64,000 nucleotides of DNA from an uncultured Bacillaceae bacterium (GTDB lineage Bacteria > Bacillota > Bacilli > Caldalkalibacillales > Caldalkalibacillaceae). Location of the stretch: contig CALFAC010000136.1 of NCBI GenBank assembly GCA_937927935.1, positions 835 to 64,834 of the forward strand, given 5' to 3'. This document shows, piece by piece, positions 62,409 to 64,000 of the stretch. The notes beneath the pieces are model-generated. The model worked only from the letters and a program-made list of their open reading frames with translations. It had not been told where the DNA came from and searched no databases. Positions within the stretch are counted from its first letter, which is position 1. Each line of letters opens with the position of its first letter. The position numbers were made by a program, and so were the translations under genes.

Positions 62409-62446
62409 GAAAAAATACCTCTTGCCTTGGGCGGAGGTATTTTTTC
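62409..62446. terminator. bidirectional terminator between the ThDP enzyme gene and the - strand 82-aa ORF
   Basis: AAAAAATACCTC...GAGGTATTTTTT: a stem flanked by an A-run and a T-run. Confidence 0.6.
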
Positions 62447-62457
62447 TAGTGGTGACG

Positions 62458-62706
62458 CTATTTCCATTTTTCCTGTTCTTGCTCAATCTTTTTTCTTAGC
62501 TCATCCCGCCACTGGGACAACTGCCTGAGGCGCACCTCTTTTTCCAGAGTATCCGGTTGTTTTAACCATTTTCTGCGTTCTTTTAGATACCACAATAACG
62601 CCTCACCAATCGAAAGCTCTTTTAAGTTGGGCAGTGGAAGATCAGCCGCCAGCGTGTTGCGGTACTCAATTTTAATCCATACTTCGTAAGATTGATTCTG
62701 TTCCAT
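62458..62706 (-). CDS. hypothetical 82-aa protein (no family recognised)
   Basis: Clean ORF with a charged helical C-terminus (RKWLKQPDTLEKEVRLRQLSQWRDELRKKIEQEQEKWK) and a terminator just downstream. The SD is weak (AAAGGGG 13 nt upstream). Confidence 0.45.
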   Translation of the reverse strand: MEQNQSYEVWIKIEYRNTLAADLPLPNLKELSIGEALLWYLKERRKWLKQPDTLEKEVRLRQLSQWRDELRKKIEQEQEKWK

Positions 62707-62958
62707 TTGATTTCATCAGCCCCTTTGTACAGACTGATATGTTCCTTTCAGACAGATATGCAGGTAATGGGTAAAGTATGTTATAAAGAACATTATATGT
62801 ACTATATAACGAACAGACAAGGGGTGTGGGGGAAAACCTGCTCAGTTTTTGGGGCAGGGTAATTTTAATGTGATCAGGGCAAATTATCACATGTAGGTAA
62901 GACGGTGATTTCTTGCAAGCATATACTTTTACTAACAAGGGAAATGGAGGTATGGTGG

Positions 62959-63258
62959 ATGAAAAACGCTTTAAGAAAAGGGTTTGCCTTAGGATTGGGC
63001 CTGGCCATTGTAGGAAAAGAGCAAATTGAGAAATGGGTGGATGAACTGGTGAAAAAAGGAGAGCTGAGTCAGCATGAATCCAGTGCCTTTACTCAGGAAC
63101 TGATCCAAAAAGGGGAAGAGGCCCAGCAGAAACTGGATGAACGGATTCAACAAAAACTTAAAAACTTGTTGACGGAATTAAACTTAGCCACGAAAGACGA
63201 CATAAAGCGCTTGGAAGAAAGGATAGAGGAGCTGGAGCAAAAAGAACAAGCGGAGTGA
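62959..63258 (+). CDS. phasin-like protein (COG3937-type, PHA granule/regulator family)
   Basis: LRKGFALGLGLAIVGKEQIEKWVDELVKKGELSQ...LATKDDIKRLEERIEELE matches the family as remembered. ATG 62959 follows GGAGG. Confidence 0.7.
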   Translation: MKNALRKGFALGLGLAIVGKEQIEKWVDELVKKGELSQHESSAFTQELIQKGEEAQQKLDERIQQKLKNLLTELNLATKDDIKRLEERIEELEQKEQAE

Positions 63259-63308
63259 AGGAAATTGACGAGAGGGTGGATCCCTTTGACTGAAGGGAGG
63301 GAAGTCTG

Positions 63309-64000
63309 ATTATTGAGCGGCGCATCCGGCATTTGCAGCGCTACAGGGATATAGCGGCCGCCTTTACCCGCAATGGCTTTGGTTTTATCGTGAAGGAGTT
63401 AGGGCTGCAGGAATGGCTTTCGCTGCCTAAGCGCATCCTGGGGAAAGAAGAGGCAGCTGCCCGTGATACGTTGGGAAAGCGGGTTCGTTCTTTCCTGGAA
63501 GAGCTGGGGCCTACTTTTATCAAATTGGGTCAGTTTGCCAGCACTCGGGCCGATCTGTTTCCGAAAGAGATCATTAGCGAACTGGAAAAGCTGCAAGACC
63601 AAGTGCCCCCCTTTTCCTATGCGGAAGTGGAAAAAATGATTCGCCAAGAGCTGGGGGGACCAGTGGAAGATGTTTTTGCTTGGTTTGATCCTCACCCCAT
63701 CGCGGCAGCCTCCATCGGCCAAGTTCATCGGGCTGCACTCCCTACGGGTGAAGCGGTGGCCGTCAAGGTACAGCGCCCCTCTATCCGCACCGTGGTTGAA
63801 ACGGATTTGGAAATTTTGCAGGATTTAGCGGAACTGGCTCAACAGCGTCTCAAATGGGCTGAGCGGTTTCAAGTGCGAAAGCTTGCTCAAGAGTTCGCCC
63901 AAGCGATGCTTGCGGAATTGGATTATACCATTGAAGGCCGTAATGCCGAGCGCATTGGCCGTCAGTTTAAAGACAACCCTTCAGTTTTAATTCCCAAAGT
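63309..64000 (+). CDS. ubiB: UbiB/ABC1-family atypical protein kinase (partial, continues past window)
   Basis: Open frame IIERRIRHLQRYRDIAAAFTRNGFGFIVKELG...LGPTFIKLGQFASTRADLFP...AAASIGQVHRAAL..GEAVAVKVQRP. There is no ATG/GTG/TTG between the in-frame stop at 63291-63293 and GTG 63390. ATT 63309 sits 7 nt after GGGAGGG. Confidence 0.8.
   Translation, partial: MIERRIRHLQRYRDIAAAFTRNGFGFIVKELGLQEWLSLPKRILGKEEAAARDTLGKRVRSFLEELGPTFIKLGQFASTRADLFPKEIISELEKLQDQVPPFSYAEVEKMIRQELGGPVEDVFAWFDPHPIAAASIGQVHRAALPTGEAVAVKVQRPSIRTVVETDLEILQDLAELAQQRLKWAERFQVRKLAQEFAQAMLAELDYTIEGRNAERIGRQFKDNPSVLIPK

Noticed and set aside
62311-62499. 62-aa + strand ORF after the ThDP enzyme gene, and the 88-aa - strand ORF at 62672-62938
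   Set aside because: The first spans the bidirectional terminator and overlaps the 82-aa - strand ORF. The second lies in the AT-rich divergent promoter region, with odd composition and no SD.

Overview
This window comes from the chromosome of an endospore-forming member of the Bacillales (Firmicutes), roughly 50% GC by eye.

**Conserved block (1 to ~51.8 kb).** This is the origin-proximal 'yaa/yab/yac' housekeeping and sporulation block, in essentially the Bacillus subtilis gene order and almost entirely on the + strand: (pdxS 3' end)-serS-tadA-SRP RNA-[extra soluble PAS histidine kinase]-dnaX-ybaB-recR-yaaL-bofA-yaaO-tmk-holB-yaaT-yabA-yabB-rsmI-abrB(-)-metS-tatD-rsmA-yabG-veg-sspF-ispE-purR-ridA-spoVG-glmU-prs-pth-fin-mfd-spoVT-yabM-yabN-hup-yabO-yabP-yabQ-divIC-yabR-spoIIE-yabS-yabT-tilS-hpt-ftsH-coaX-hslO-folP-folB-folK-yazB-dusB-greA-lysS. 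It is a compacted version of the B. subtilis region. It has no rRNA or tRNA operons, and several B. subtilis genes are absent (pdxT, darA/yaaR, yazA, yabE/rnmV, ctc, yacD-cysK-pabBAC).

**Accessory segment (~51.9 to 62.5 kb).** Synteny ends after lysS. This segment carries:
- a translationally coupled VanG-type D-Ala-D-Ser ligase and VanT-type membrane serine racemase, with no vanXY or vanRS;
- a LysR regulator;
- an Fe3+/polyamine-type ABC importer (lipoprotein SBP, ATPase, fused 12-TM permease);
- an acetolactate-synthase-like ThDP enzyme preceded by a perfect 16-bp tandem direct repeat;
- an orphan 82-aa ORF on the - strand;
- a phasin-like protein and a UbiB/ABC1 kinase that runs off the window and has no canonical start codon.

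**What I did not find.** I saw no CRISPR array, IS element, integrase, prophage or recognisable defence genes. I cannot point to a clearly new multi-gene system.

**Most unusual items I can support:**
- the minimal vanG/vanT module at the synteny break;
- the LysR-ABC-ThDP cluster of unknown substrate, with its repeat operator;
- a promoter-then-terminator leader in front of greA;
- an in-phase A_AAA_AAG slippery site near the 3' end of dnaX.

**Limits.** All protein calls come from reading the translated ORFs against motifs and B. subtilis sequences recalled from memory. No searches were run.
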